The position numbers and the translations under genes were made by a program. The notes beneath the pieces are model-generated. The model was not told the DNA's origin and searched no databases. It saw nothing but the letters and a program-made list of their open reading frames with translations. Shown here in pieces: positions 48,863-62,398 of a DNA stretch of 64,000 bases. The DNA comes from Octopus bimaculoides (taxonomy: Eukaryota), in the NCBI RefSeq assembly GCF_001194135.2, contig NC_068987.1, forward strand, positions 93,880,784-93,944,783, written 5' to 3'. How positions within the stretch are numbered: position 1 is the stretch's first letter; each line of letters starts with the position of its first letter.

Positions 48863-50304
48863 ATTCAGTCTACAGGCATCGCCCAGAGCGTACATTATAT
48901 TTAAACCTGCATTAAATCTTGGCCACATTTTTCTCGTTCGTTGCTGGTTTCCAATGCTTCAATTATTGGTTCGTTGTAATTCTGCAACTCAAGGATTTCA
49001 TGTCGACATGGCTTTTTTTTTTCTCTCGGGGATTTGATTTGTCTGTCTTCAAACTCGACCATTCAAATCAACCTTTTGTTGCTAAAAAGGCTTATAATGT
49101 GTGATTCTGCTGTCAACCAATGACCGATTTCAGCTTTTAATACTTGGTTTATTGTCACTTTTGACCAGTCACGATCTGTTTTAACGTTTGGCGATAATGT
49201 GAAAATTAAAACCTGAAATAAACTTTTACTGATCAAATGCAAAAATAGTGAAAAATGCTTCTTTTAAGCAGAAAGACATTTCATTCTGAGAATGAGTTCA
49301 CGTTATTTGTTGCTTTCTTTCTTTTATATTTGTCTACATTCACAGTAATACACAAAGAACGTTCATCACGTAATTCACCATTTATGATACAACAAGGAAC
49401 TTTAATACTGAACTCTGAAATTTCTCTAAAGCCACAAAATCATTTTCTTATTATTTATCGAACAATTTTCAGCATTTCGCTGTTATTTGAATAAATTTCT
49501 CTGACAAAATATTTTAAAGAAATTTTTGAATGCAAGAAGTGGATTTTGCTAATGTTTTCCAGAATTCCAATTTAATAGAACATCTTACTTCTATTGAAAA
49601 GAATTTTCCGATTCATATCTGTATTCGAAAAATTTTTCGACTCAAGTATCACCTTTATTCTCAAATGTGTTAAGTGCTTCGATATGCTTTAAAAATATGT
49701 TTTCAAATTCCGTGACTTTATAGCTTTCGCCAAAGATTACGGCTAAATATATTTGGAACAGTTCGTCATACATACATACATACATACATACATACATACA
49801 GAAAGACAGACTGACAGACAGACAGACAGACAGACAGACATATGTGTGTTTGTGTGTATGCATATATACCAATATGTGTGTGTGCATAGACACGTACACA
49901 CATACGTACTCACAGAGACAGACACACACACACACACACACACACATACACATACACATATATACAATTGGTTTCCTATGTACACATCGTTGTTGTGATT
50001 GCTGCTGTTGTTTGTAACCTCTGGATGTTCTCGGTGTTAGTGTATGCTTAACCACAACGGACGATCAGGGCAAAACTTGATTGCATTATGTTACAGAGAA
50101 TAAATGTTATCATCAGTTTTCCTGTATTTGCTCAGTAATATCATAACTTGTCACACAACGAAACGTAAGAATGATCAAAAGCACTGTAATGGAAGCAAAC
50201 TGGATGATGAGAAACTACGGGGAGCTCTACACTCAACGGTTGATATACGAACTATGTGTATGTGTGTATGTGTGTGCGTGTGCGTGCGTGCGTGTGTGTG
50301 AATG

Positions 50305-50510
50305 AATGAAGACCTTCACTACCAATCGAACTGGAGGCGCAACGGAAAATTTCTGACAGCCAATGCCAAGAAGAACGGCTTGAAGAAGGCAAAGAAGCTG
50401 CTTTGAAAGCTGAGGTGTCCTACTGAGTCGAAGGGGATCTGGTTTTCCTCAGATGAAAAAAACTTCTGCCAGGACCAGTTCGACAACATCCAGAACAATA
50501 GATGGCTAGC
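50305..50510 (+). mobile_element. Tc1/mariner (maT/DD37D-like) transposase fragment
   Basis: NEDLHYQSNWRRNGKFLTANAKKNGLKKAKKLL*KLRCPTESKGIWFSSDEKNFCQDQFDNIQNNRWLA contains the first catalytic Asp motif FSDEKxF. The subfamily call is from recall. Confidence 0.75.
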
Positions 50511-50665
50511 AATGGTGGTATTGCTGTTTAGAATAACACCTACGCAAATTTTATAAACAATGCATTCAAAACAGATATTTCAAGAATTCAATCACTACAA
50601 TCATCCACAACGGGTCATTTTCAGGACACTTTACCATTTAACATACAACTATCATGGCACTCCCG

Positions 50666-50734
50666 TCTTCTTCTTCTTCTTCTTCTTCTTCTTCTTCTTC
50701 TTCTTCTTCTTCTTCTTCTTCTTCTTCTTCTTCT

Positions 50735-50766
<32 letters not shown>

Positions 50767-50862
50767 TTCGTCGTTGTCGTCTTTGTCATCGTCTTCTTCT
50801 TCTTCTTCTTCTTCTTCTTCTTCTTCTTCTTCTTCTTCTTCTTCTTCTTCTTCTTCTTCTTC
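50666..50862. repeat. (TTC)n/(GTC)n microsatellite running into a gap
   Basis: Directly visible. Confidence 0.95.
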
Positions 50863-51487
50863 NNNNNNNNNNNNNNNNNNNNNNNNNNNNNNNNNNNNNN
50901 NNNNNNNNNNNNNNNNNNNNNNNNNNNNNNNNNNNNNNNNNNNNNNNNNNNNNNNNNNNNNNNNNNNNNNNNNNNNNNNNNNNNNNNNNNNNNNNNNNNN
51001 NNNNNNNNNNNNNNNNNNNNNNNNNNNNNNNNNNNNNNNNNNNNNNNNNNNNNNNNNNNNNNNNNNNNNNNNNNNNNNNNNNNNNNNNNNNNNNNNNNNN
51101 NNNNNNNNNNNNNNNNNNNNNNNNNNNNNNNNNNNNNNNNNNNNNNNNNNNNNNNNNNNNNNNNNNNNNNNNNNNNNNNNNNNNNNNNNNNNNNNNNNNN
51201 NNNNNNNNNNNNNNNNNNNNNNNNNNNNNNNNNNNNNNNNNNNNNNNNNNNNNNNNNNNNNNNNNNNNNNNNNNNNNNNNNNNNNNNNNNNNNNNNNNNN
51301 NNNNNNNNNNNNNNNNNNNNNNNNNNNNNNNNNNNNNNNNNNNNNNNNNNNNNNNNNNNNNNNNNNNNNNNNNNNNNNNNNNNNNNNNNNNNNNNNNNNN
51401 NNNNNNNNNNNNNNNNNNNNNNNNNNNNNNNNNNNNNNNNNNNNNNNNNNNNNNNNNNNNNNNNNNNNNNNNNNNNNNNNNNNNNNN

Positions 51488-51557
<70 letters not shown>

Positions 51558-52113
51558 CATATATATGTTTTTGTCTGACGCCAGGAAAATGAATTTCCTG
51601 CCACTGTAATGCCATTCGCTTTCTTACGGTCTTTACATTTTACCACGTCTTAAACATGCTAAATCTTAAACTAGTTTTTCGGAAACATGCGTACAAGTTC
51701 TACGCTATTTTGAAATTTGGTTCCTACTTCTGGAACTGATACATTTTTTAACTGTTGCTTCACGTGTCATTATGTATGTTATATTTTTTTAAATTTCTTT
51801 TTATTATTTTGCTATCGTTGCTTTTCCTTTCCTGTTACTAGCATATATTTACGAAATTATGATATCATATTAATTAGAATGACATGATTATTTTTTAAAA
51901 TTGAAACCTGTTGTATATATAAACATTCAGAATGTTAATGTATCCAGTCGGTTTCACTTTTAATTGTAATGTTCCACAGAAAACGTTTATCATAAAGATT
52001 TCATAGCATTTATTTATTCTTATATATTTATAGTATTATTTCTTGCATGTTTCTTTCATTGAACTACGATTGTTTGGATTATGTGTACGTGTGTGTGTGC
52101 GTATGTATGTATG

Positions 52114-52144
<31 letters not shown>

Positions 52145-53874
52145 GCATTCATTTATGTATGTATATCTTTAGCTTGTCGCTAACAAAGTAACAAGACGCT
52201 TTTGTTGAAGATTTGTCATTATTGGAACTCTTGGATTTTGTGAATCGGTGAATTGATTGGTTGCATTTGTTACTATTTAGCTGCTCGATTTCACATACAC
52301 ACAAACACACATACATCCATACATACATACATACATGCATACATACATGTGTGTGCATGTTTCTTCCTTTTCAGTTTGTTGATTAATAGATTTGGTACAG
52401 TGTATAATGTGAGTTATTGCAGTGTGTATCTTGGATCTTTCTGTTCTCGTCTCAAATCTGTTTTGTATTATTGGCCTCCTTGTGGTAAGAGACTCTGCCT
52501 TCAAGACTGCATTTAAGTTGCTATGTTTCCAAAGCCAAAGAGCTACAACGATTGGAACAGCATCACGCCTGATCTCTACTTGAAGAGAAGTAAAGTCAAG
52601 GATGGAAAGCTTTCCTTGAAGTCGGTTTACTTACTTCTACCTCTTGCTGTATAATTAAACATGAATCTATGTTCAGAAAGTCTTGTCTTCTCAGAACCCT
52701 GTTGTGAATAAAATAATTAGAAAACCACGTTAAATCGCATGTTACACAATATCTAATTTGGCAACCAAGAACGGAGCCGAAATGCCGTAGTTTCTCCTGG
52801 TAGAAACAGTGACGAAATTTCTCGTTAAGGATATCCTTCCATCTTCAAAGAAGCGAAACAATACACAGTATTTTCATTGAAACTCACTAAAAAAAAAGAA
52901 AGCTGTCTCCTTCTCAGTTGGCCAATAGGTGCAGAATTACAGTTAAGTAACATAGAACACAACACCGAATCACGCTGGCTAGTTGCTTGCATCTACATCT
53001 TGATGGTTCAGGTTGTTATTGTTTTTTAAGATATAGAGAATACAGTGAAAGACTGAAAAGGTAGCAGTGGTAGACTGGGATCAATTGAAGCAGCATCTGT
53101 ATCGCACTTGACGATGAGCTACGACTGCTGGAATGTGGGAAACGAAGTGGGGAAAAGGAAGAAGTGAAGAAAGAAAAAGTGAAGGAAGAAGACGACGATA
53201 ATGGAGGAACTATATTACCAAATTAATTTCTCGTAAATATTTTTTAACGAACCAACCAAGACGTTGAGAATATAATAGGAGAGGACAAGAATGAATGTGT
53301 GAGAGAGGGAGACAAAGAGAGAGAGGGAGAGATGGGGAGAAAGTGTAAGATAAATATTGAGAATGAGAGGGGCTGATTGAAAGGAAGAAGGAAAAAGAAG
53401 AAACAATAAAGTATACACAGATAGAAAGAGAAAGAGAGATGGAAGAGCATGTTTTAGAAGAGAGAAAGAAGAAACCCGGGAGTCCATATCGGTATAAGAG
53501 AGAAATATATATAGAGAGAGAGCGGGAGAGGGAGAACGAGGGAGGGGCAAAAATTGAATTTCAAACTAAAACTTACACTTCGCCTCATTTCGAAAAAGAC
53601 AGAAAGGAAATAACTGCGAATATAAGTGAGAGGAAATTGTGATGATTGTAATGTCTAAATTTAGAATGTTGATTTTTGTTTTATCGCAATAAATGGAGGA
53701 ATTAAGAAGTGCTCCAAGGCGTACACATTTAATCTGCTTCTCAGACGTTTAATCTCTTGCTCAAATTATCGAAATATAAAAGAAATTANNNNNNNNNNGA
53801 AGAAGAAGAAGAAGAAGAAGAAGAAGAAGAAGAAGAAATAAATGATGAGAAGATAGACATTGATTATATATGCA

Positions 53875-53946
<72 letters not shown>

Positions 53947-54152
53947 CATGTATGTTCGTATATATGTAAATACACGTATAATTTATGCACTTGTACATAA
54001 AACATATGTGTGTGTCTATATATATTCGTAGTATATATTACTCAGGACACTTACAAATGCAAACACACTTAAAATACATAACAAAATAATAACACAAATC
54101 ATAATAATAATAATTGCTGTTGCTGCTGTTATCATCATTACTGCATTGTTGA

Positions 54153-54297
<145 letters not shown>

Positions 54298-55080
54298 GGT
54301 AATAATAAAAGAACTGTAATTTTAATCAANNNNNNNNNNNNNNNNNNNNNNNNNNNNNNNNNNNNNNNNNNNNNNNNNNNNNNNNNNNNNNNNNNNNNNN
54401 NNNNNNNNNNNNNNNNNNNNNNNNNNNNNNNNNNNNNNNNNNNNNNNNNNNNNNNNNNNNNNNNNNNNNNNNNNNNNNNNNNNNNNNNNNNNNNNNNNNN
54501 NNNNNNNNNNNNNNNNNNNNNNNNNNNNNNNNNNNNNNNNNNNNNNNNNNNNNNNNNNNNNNNNNNNNNNNNNNNNNNNNNNNNNNNNNNNNNNNNNNNN
54601 NNNNNNNNNNNNNNNNNNNNNNNNNNNNNNNNNNNNNNNNNNNNNNNNNNNNNNNNNNNNNNNNNNNNNNNNNNNNNNNNNNNNNNNNNNNNNNNNNNNN
54701 NNNNNNNNNNNNNNNNNNNNNNNNNNNNNNNNNNNNNNNNNNNNNNNNNNNNNNNNNNNNNNNNNNNNNNNNNNNNNNNNNNNNNNNNNNNNNNNNNNNN
54801 NNNNNNNNNNNNNNNNNNNNNNNNNNNNNNNNNNNNNNNNNNNNNNNNNNNNNNNNNNNNNNNNNNNNNNNNNNNNNNNNNNNNNNNNNNNNNNNNNNNN
54901 NNNNNNNNNNNNNNNNNNNNNNNNNNNNNNNNNNNNNNNNNNNNNNNNNNNNNNNNNNNNNNNNNNNNNNNNNNNNNNNNNNNNNNNNNNNNNNNNNNNN
55001 NNNNNNNNNNNNNNNNNNNNNNNNNNNNNNNNNNNNNNNNNNNNNNNNNNNNNNNNNNNNNNNNNNNNNNNNNNNNNNNN

Positions 55081-55143
<63 letters not shown>

Positions 55144-55990
55144 ATACATACATACTCATACACACATACATAGGCACAGAAATGCATACACACAGAGAGT
55201 ATTGTAACAAATGAGGGAATAACAAGAAGAACAATAATAACGATTGTAAGAAAAGCTAATGGCATTTGTGTGTAGGAAGTGGAAAGAAAGAAATTATTTT
55301 AAATCATTCTTTCGTTCTGCTGTGACAGATTTGATGGCTGCATTAACTAATCTCCTCCTTCAAATTGGAATTACTTTCGCCACTTGAACAGCGACGTATC
55401 TGCTGCTTATTCTTGTTGCTGTTTTTGTTCGTTTTCTGTCTTCTTGTTGATTCTTCTTATCTGCCTTGTTGCTAGGTAACTGAAGCCATAGAAGGGAGGC
55501 GAGCAGGCGGATAGGGAGGTGTTTTCCTTTCTCATCCAGACTACATCAAGTATTACTACAAACGATAGGCTGCTGACGATGTGTGTCTTATGTTGGTCAA
55601 TAAGCTGACGTAATCATCGGATCGTTGTTCCAAACAAATGTCAGTGACACTTCTCTCAGTCTTCACTTTGCTGAAAACTGGTGCCACTGGTGAGGAACTC
55701 TTCTCTCATTAAATGTAAGGACACTTCTCAAACATTGGTTTATGTTTCATCGGACCGACGAGGTATTTTTTCCAATTAAAGAGAATTGAACTCTGATAAC
55801 TTAAAATGTTGTTTTGAATTTAGTATGTAGCACATAGATTCCTAGGATTTGAACTTATACCATCTATATTTAAAGTTAAATCTACTTACCATTAGTATTA
55901 CCATATTTGGTAATGATAACCAATTGAACTTTATCATAATGCCTAATGACACTTTTTCCAGCCAATCGTGTTTGGTGTTAGCTTTGATAA

Positions 55991-56170
<180 letters not shown>

Positions 56171-57459
56171 AAATTTTTGCGCCGCACTGTGAAAAGGGAC
56201 ATTCTCGAGGTTTGTAAGACGCCTATATAATCTCTGAATTTTCGTTTTGATTAAAGATTTCATTAATTGCAGTCGAGTATTATTTGCTATTTGGCCCAAG
56301 TTAACAAAATCTCTCCTAACCGTTAACTCACTCGTTATACTAAACGATCTTGTACTTTACTGCACAGACAGCTCCTTACAAAATTACACATCAAACACTA
56401 AAGTCTATAGGCGTTACTACTTATTGAATCAGAGCTGAAACTATTTCCTTTACACTATATAAGCATTATATTTTCATCAACTGTTAATCCCATAAAGTTA
56501 CTGAAAGTGTAATATACAGAATTGGATTTTTCAGTAATGTGTCTGGGACTAAATTTGCTTGTTTCTTAGATACATCAGAATACAATGTGATGAGAGATTA
56601 CGTTTTCCCAAGCAGTAGAAGATTCAGCCGGTATTAAGGTAATTCTGTTTAAGTGTTGGTGATATCGTATGTCATACTGGATTGCTGGTCATATCACTAA
56701 TTATTTTACTGTCATGTAATATGTCACTACAATCTCGCCTTTTTCTGACTGCTCATATAGGAGGATTTGAACAAAGCACCTCAGATCAATGAAACCTTTA
56801 TCAACAACACAACGTTAATGCTTATATTTTCCAAGCTTTTCACTGATTAAACTTAGATAATCTGAGGAGTTGAATATCGTTGGGGATTAAATGACTTTGT
56901 TAATGACTTCGTTCTGATATGAATTGAGATATTGCGATTACTTGAACTGTTAGAACTTGCAGTCAAATCTCCTTCAAATCTCACATTGCATCGTCTTACA
57001 AAAAGGTGCAACACAAGTGTAACGGCGTAGTGAATATTCAGAGTGCAAAAGGGGTATTTGTTGTGAGGTCAATGGAATTTGAAATGTCTAACATTAGTTT
57101 TGAGGACACAAATCAAGTGACGTGTGTGCTTGTATGTGTGTGTGTGTGTGTGTATGTGTGTATGTGTGTGTATACACATACACATATATGTATGTCTAAG
57201 TGTGCATGTATATATGTGAGAATATTTATCTGTGTATACATACACACACATGCAAATATGCGTGTAGGTACCAGTATGAGCGCGCGCATGCGTGTGTGAA
57301 TGTAAAACTGGTGAAAAGTTCAAATCTCGCCAAGGTCAACTTTATTTTCATGTCTTGGGGTTGATAAACGAAGTTTAAAGATTTTACGTAACATTATATC
57401 ACCATTTGAAATTAAAAGACAAGTATTTCACTGCAAGGAAATATGGATAAATTCTAAAC

Positions 57460-57610
57460 AGATGGCGACGTTTTCATGTAATCGTTTGCGCATCTTTACG
57501 TTCTGAAATCGACTTCTGCTGGGGTCGGCTTTGCATTTCATTCTTTCAAGGTCGTTAAAGAAACAGTTAAGCACACTCCGGTCGATATAATCGACTTACC
57601 ACCTCCCACC
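57460..57610 (+). mobile_element. Degenerate Meta-like SINE
   Basis: tacgttctgaaatc...ggggtcggctttgcatttcattctttcaaggtcg...ggtcgatataatcgactta resembles the reverse complement of 7058-7258. Confidence 0.6.
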
Positions 57611-58097
57611 GTGGGTGCTGGCTAACTTTGGGTTATACTTTTGATATAATATACACGTCGAATTTATAATATTCACGTGATGTAGAATAATTTGTATGAC
57701 GCACACTAAGTTTCCTTCCGATGCACAAAAAAAAAATGGATGAGGACAAGATTATCTGACTAAGCGTTTCACTTTGTAATCACGTGGTGTCTGATTTGAT
57801 ACCGATCTGCGTGACTTTGGGTTTCTCCTACTATATCCGTCTTCTGTTAAATATGTAGGTGTGGGTGTGTATGTGCGTGTGGCTGTCTGTCTGTGTTTAA
57901 CTGAGGATCAGTAACAAGAAATTCACGCAGACTCATTCACTCTACTCAAAAGTATTGAGCACATTTTACAATGAATTGAAGAATTTACACCAGCGTCAAC
58001 TGGTAATACTCTCTCGCTCTTTAAATATGAATGTGTGTGTGTATGACTGTATAGATGTATGTATGTGTGTATATGTGTGTATATATAAATATGTGTG

Positions 58098-58145
<48 letters not shown>

Positions 58146-59073
58146 NNNNNNNNNNNNNNNNNNNNNNNNNNNNNNNNNNNNNNNNNNNNNNNNNNNNNNN
58201 NNNNNNNNNNNNNNNNNNNNNNNNNNNNNNNNNNNNNNNNNNNNNNNNNNNNNNNNNNNNNNNNNNNNNNNNNNNNNNNNNNNNNNNNNNNNNNNNNNNN
58301 NNNNNNNNNNNNNNNNNNNNNNNNNNNNNNNNNNNNNNNNNNNNNNNNNNNNNNNNNNNNNNNNNNNNNNNNNNNNNNNNNNNNNNNNNNNNNNNNNNNN
58401 NNNNNNNNNNNNNNNNNNNNNNNNNNNNNNNNNNNNNNNNNNNNNNNNNNNNNNNNNNNNNNNNNNNNNNNNNNNNNNNNNNNNNNNNNNNNNNNNNNNN
58501 NNNNNNNNNNNNNNNNNNNNNNNNNNNNNNNNNNNNNNNNNNNNNNNNNNNNNNNNNNNNNNNNNNNNNNNNNNNNNNNNNNNNNNNNNNNNNNNNNNNN
58601 NNNNNNNNNNNNNNNNNNNNNNNNNNNNNNNNNNNNNNNNNNNNNNNNNNNNNNNNNNNNNNNNNNNNNNNNNNNNNNNNNNNNNNNNNNNNNNNNNNNN
58701 NNNNNNNNNNNNNNNNNNNNNNNNNNNNNNNNNNNNNNNNNNNNNNNNNNNNNNNNNNNNNNNNNNNNNNNNNNNNNNNNNNNNNNNNNNNNNNNNNNNN
58801 NNNNNNNNNNNNNNNNNNNNNNNNNNNNNNNNNNNNNNNNNNNNNNNNNNNNNNNNNNNNNNNNNNNNNNNNNNNNNNNNNNNNNNNNNNNNNNNNNNNN
58901 NNNNNNNNNNNNNNNNNNNNATATATACATACATAAACATATATATAGAGAGGGAGAGATTGATATATATATATATAGTTCCTATCCATTGCGTATACAC
59001 ACACACACACAAATGTGTGTATGTGTTTGGGTGTGTGTGCGTGTGAGATGGAGATAATGAGTGAAAGAACTGA

Positions 59074-59110
<37 letters not shown>

Positions 59111-59192
59111 AGGAGACAGAGATTATAATGAGAATTACAATAAATATGCTATTAATAAAATTTTCATGAGAGATGCATGAAGAGAGACTCAC

Positions 59193-59320
59193 CTGCGAAA
59201 TCGTATCCATTGCGTTTCAGGCTCGCACACGCCAACACACACAAAGACCTACGGCAACAATACAAACAACGACGGCAGGCAGAGAAGAGAGTAATAGAGC
59301 CCAGCATGTTGTCTGAAACG
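59193..59320 (-). other. Candidate host-gene exon
   Basis: Donor GCAG|GTGAGT (intron GT at 59192-59191). Possible acceptors ttttccatag| (exon from 59320) and gtttcag| (exon from 59312). About 50% GC, non-repetitive, with one frame open throughout. Confidence 0.45.
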
Positions 59321-59504
59321 CTATGGAAAACAGCGGCGGATTTCATTGATGAATAGAGAAAGGAAAGCATGAGAAATCAATTACGACCAATGGAAATGAT
59401 TTCGGTACGACAAGTGCTTCATAGGAAAATGACGTGTTTCTCAACTAATTAGAAAAGCTAGTAGCTATAATATGTATTATCATTATCATCATTATTATTA
59501 TTAT

Positions 59505-59538
<34 letters not shown>

Positions 59539-59544
59539 ATAATT

Positions 59545-60567
59545 GTTATCAACATTATTGGAGAAGGTTCCCGACCTTATCGAGCTGCCCAACGGAGCAC
59601 AACTCCAAGTTGTGGTGGAGGGCAGAAAACCAAGGTGCCACACTTGGGGGCCTAACACACTTTTGAAGGCCCTCTGCCCGCAACAACAACAACAAAATAG
59701 AGCTCAAGGAACGGTGGCTCTGCTACCACCACCACCATCACAAGAAGGCCAAAAGCTTTAACAATAATCAACGCATCGACAGCCATTAAAGAAACATTTT
59801 CAGCAGCAGATTCCCACCACCACTATGGTACCAACGACTGTAGCGGGGGAAACAAGCAGCGCCCGACCTTCCCTACAGACGGGCGACACAGATACACCAT
59901 GTACGCCCGACACTGTCTATTCAGAAGTCGTATCATCCAAGAAGGATTTGTGTTGGGGAGAGGTTATGTGGAACAGCTGCAATCACGTGTGGGACGGATC
60001 CGTCTGTCAGTCGAGTCTGTAGTGATGATTGCCCCATTGCCCTCCTTCAATCGGGCCGGCAAGGCAGTTATCCTTTGCCTGGCGGCTGTAACAAAACAAG
60101 TTGTTTGATGGATAAGGCTGAAAGACATGAGCACAGATACATTCCTCTTTGGTAGAGCTCTCATTGACTTCTTCAAGTTTCACTTGAAAAGGAAATTGAG
60201 AGTGGAGAGCGAAGTGCTGTCCTCGAGTGAGTTTACTGAAAGGTGGGTGAAAGTTGTTAAAATGGCAAGTGTTGGATGGTTCCACTCTAAGTGTAGACCT
60301 GTGAGTCGGAGAGAAGGAAATGGAGAGAGCACTTATTCTTGAAGTTTCAAGGAAATCTTGGGCAGTGGGGTTCCTCCATTATCCCTAGAGATCTTCCTGT
60401 ATCAGGAGCTCCACATCTCTATAATCCTCCCCACCGTTTTTTTTAAAACTTTTGTATGCTATGCATATGTCCCTTCGTTTTCAGTGTATACCTTGTATAC
60501 ATTCTTTCTTTCATTTTTTTCTTATCATTTCATTATATGTAAACCCCCACACTTTATGTCTGTCTTT
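59545..60567 (+). mobile_element. Tx1-clade LINE derivative: ORF1 fragment joined to ORF2 C-terminus and 3' UTR
   Basis: VPDLIELPNGAQLQVVVEGRKPRCHTWG...LKALCP (knuckle-like), then from about 59965 YVEQLQSRVGRIRLSVESVVMIAPLPSFNRAGKAVILCL...FGRALIDFFKFHLKRKLRVE. The 3' UTR matches 880-987. Confidence 0.85.
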
Positions 60568-61392
60568 AATGAGAAATTAAATGAGTTAGAATGTAATTAA
60601 TAAAAAACAATTTATACTGAACTTGAGGACAATGGCAGCGACAAAATTTAATCCATTAATAACGAGAAATTCAGCTACAAACATAAAGACCATATTGAAT
60701 CGTATATTTGAATGTAAGAGTGAGTGGTCAAAGCTAGTGAAACGGCTTTCATCAATGTTCTGTTGGATCCCGTTTAACTTTGAGCTAAACAAATTCTGGA
60801 GTCGACTCGTACTTCTAAGCTCTGTGGGTTTTTTGCTCTATTAAGGCTGATCTGGGGCAAAACAAGTACTGTAGCCACCCGACATTATAACGTCCATAGG
60901 TTTACAGCGCCAGACTAACCATAAACAACTACAACGACCCCCTATGCAGTTGCTTCATTTATTGTAAATAATAGTCAGATCTACCCACAAATCACAACCA
61001 AGAGACAAGACAAACAGCATGGAAAGAAGAGATAACGTAGTCTCACGACCATTTATTATAGGAACAGCAGCAATATCTTCATCAACAACAGCAACAACAA
61101 CAACAACAACACAAACAGCGCAAACATAAATAAAAAGTGAAAATATTTATTAATGGTTAGGTCAAATATAGGTTTTTTGCAAGACAGCAGTTGTATTTCT
61201 GAATATTTTCTCTCCAGAATTTCAGCTACGACTGGATATATCTATTTTTAGGACTCATTGTCGGACAGATTTCGTTTTAGGTATGAAGGTGCAATTGTGT
61301 TTTAGAGAAGAAAATATCTTCATGTCCAAAGACTAAAAAGGTGACGTTCACTGATGATCGTCGGTAGATACCGTACAGGCAAAACTAAAATG

Positions 61393-61549
<157 letters not shown>

Positions 61550-62326
61550 AAATAGTAGGGAGATGTGATAGGCGTTTCACCCTTATTTCTAAAGAGGCTC
61601 ATCTCATTGATTGGCATTATATTTTGGTTTCTGCTGTGCAAAAAATGTTGTGCGGTGTGTCTATGTTTGTGTCTGTTTGTATAAGTGTATGTATGTGCAT
61701 CTGTATGTATGTGAGCGCATGCGTGTGTTTCGAAGGAAGTAAAGTGAAAATGGTTTAGGAAAGAGAATTTAACTGGGTATGTGTAGTGCCGGAAGTCGAC
61801 TGCTATCACTCTGTATCATACACAGTAAACAACATTTAGAAGACTTGAAATAAAACACAGGCAAGAAAACACATTACAACAGCAGCAACAACAACAACAA
61901 CAACAACACTATCACCACCGCCACCAACAGCAACAACAACAACAACAACAGTAACGACAATAGTAAAGTTAAAAATAAAGAAATAGAAGATATAAACAGT
62001 TAATTTAATAAGAAATGAAATTAGGGAGAATCCTTATAGATTGTTTAATTCTATTCCCAACACAACTTATCTACATGATCACTGCTTTATGGCAAATCCT
62101 TTTCTTTCTTTTATTCCTATATTGCTCTTGAATTGTTTAATTCTTTCTTTCTTTATTTTTTTTGTCTGTTTTTGCTTTCTTTATTCCAAGGTTTCCTTTT
62201 CTTTTCCCCGCTACATTTTTATCGTATTTTTATTTTTCTGAGCTTATTTTTTCTTCCCTGGTGCATTTAACTTCCCTTTATACATGGAAGAATTTCAATT
62301 CTCACACAATCGGCTGCTATCTATCA

Positions 62327-62382
<56 letters not shown>

Positions 62383-62398
62383 GATCTATCTATCTATC

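Noticed and set aside
55560-55720. Minus-strand EKCH*HLFGTTIR*LRQLIDQHK resembling a GIY-YIG motif
   Set aside because: Short, interrupted by stops, and without supporting flanking motifs.
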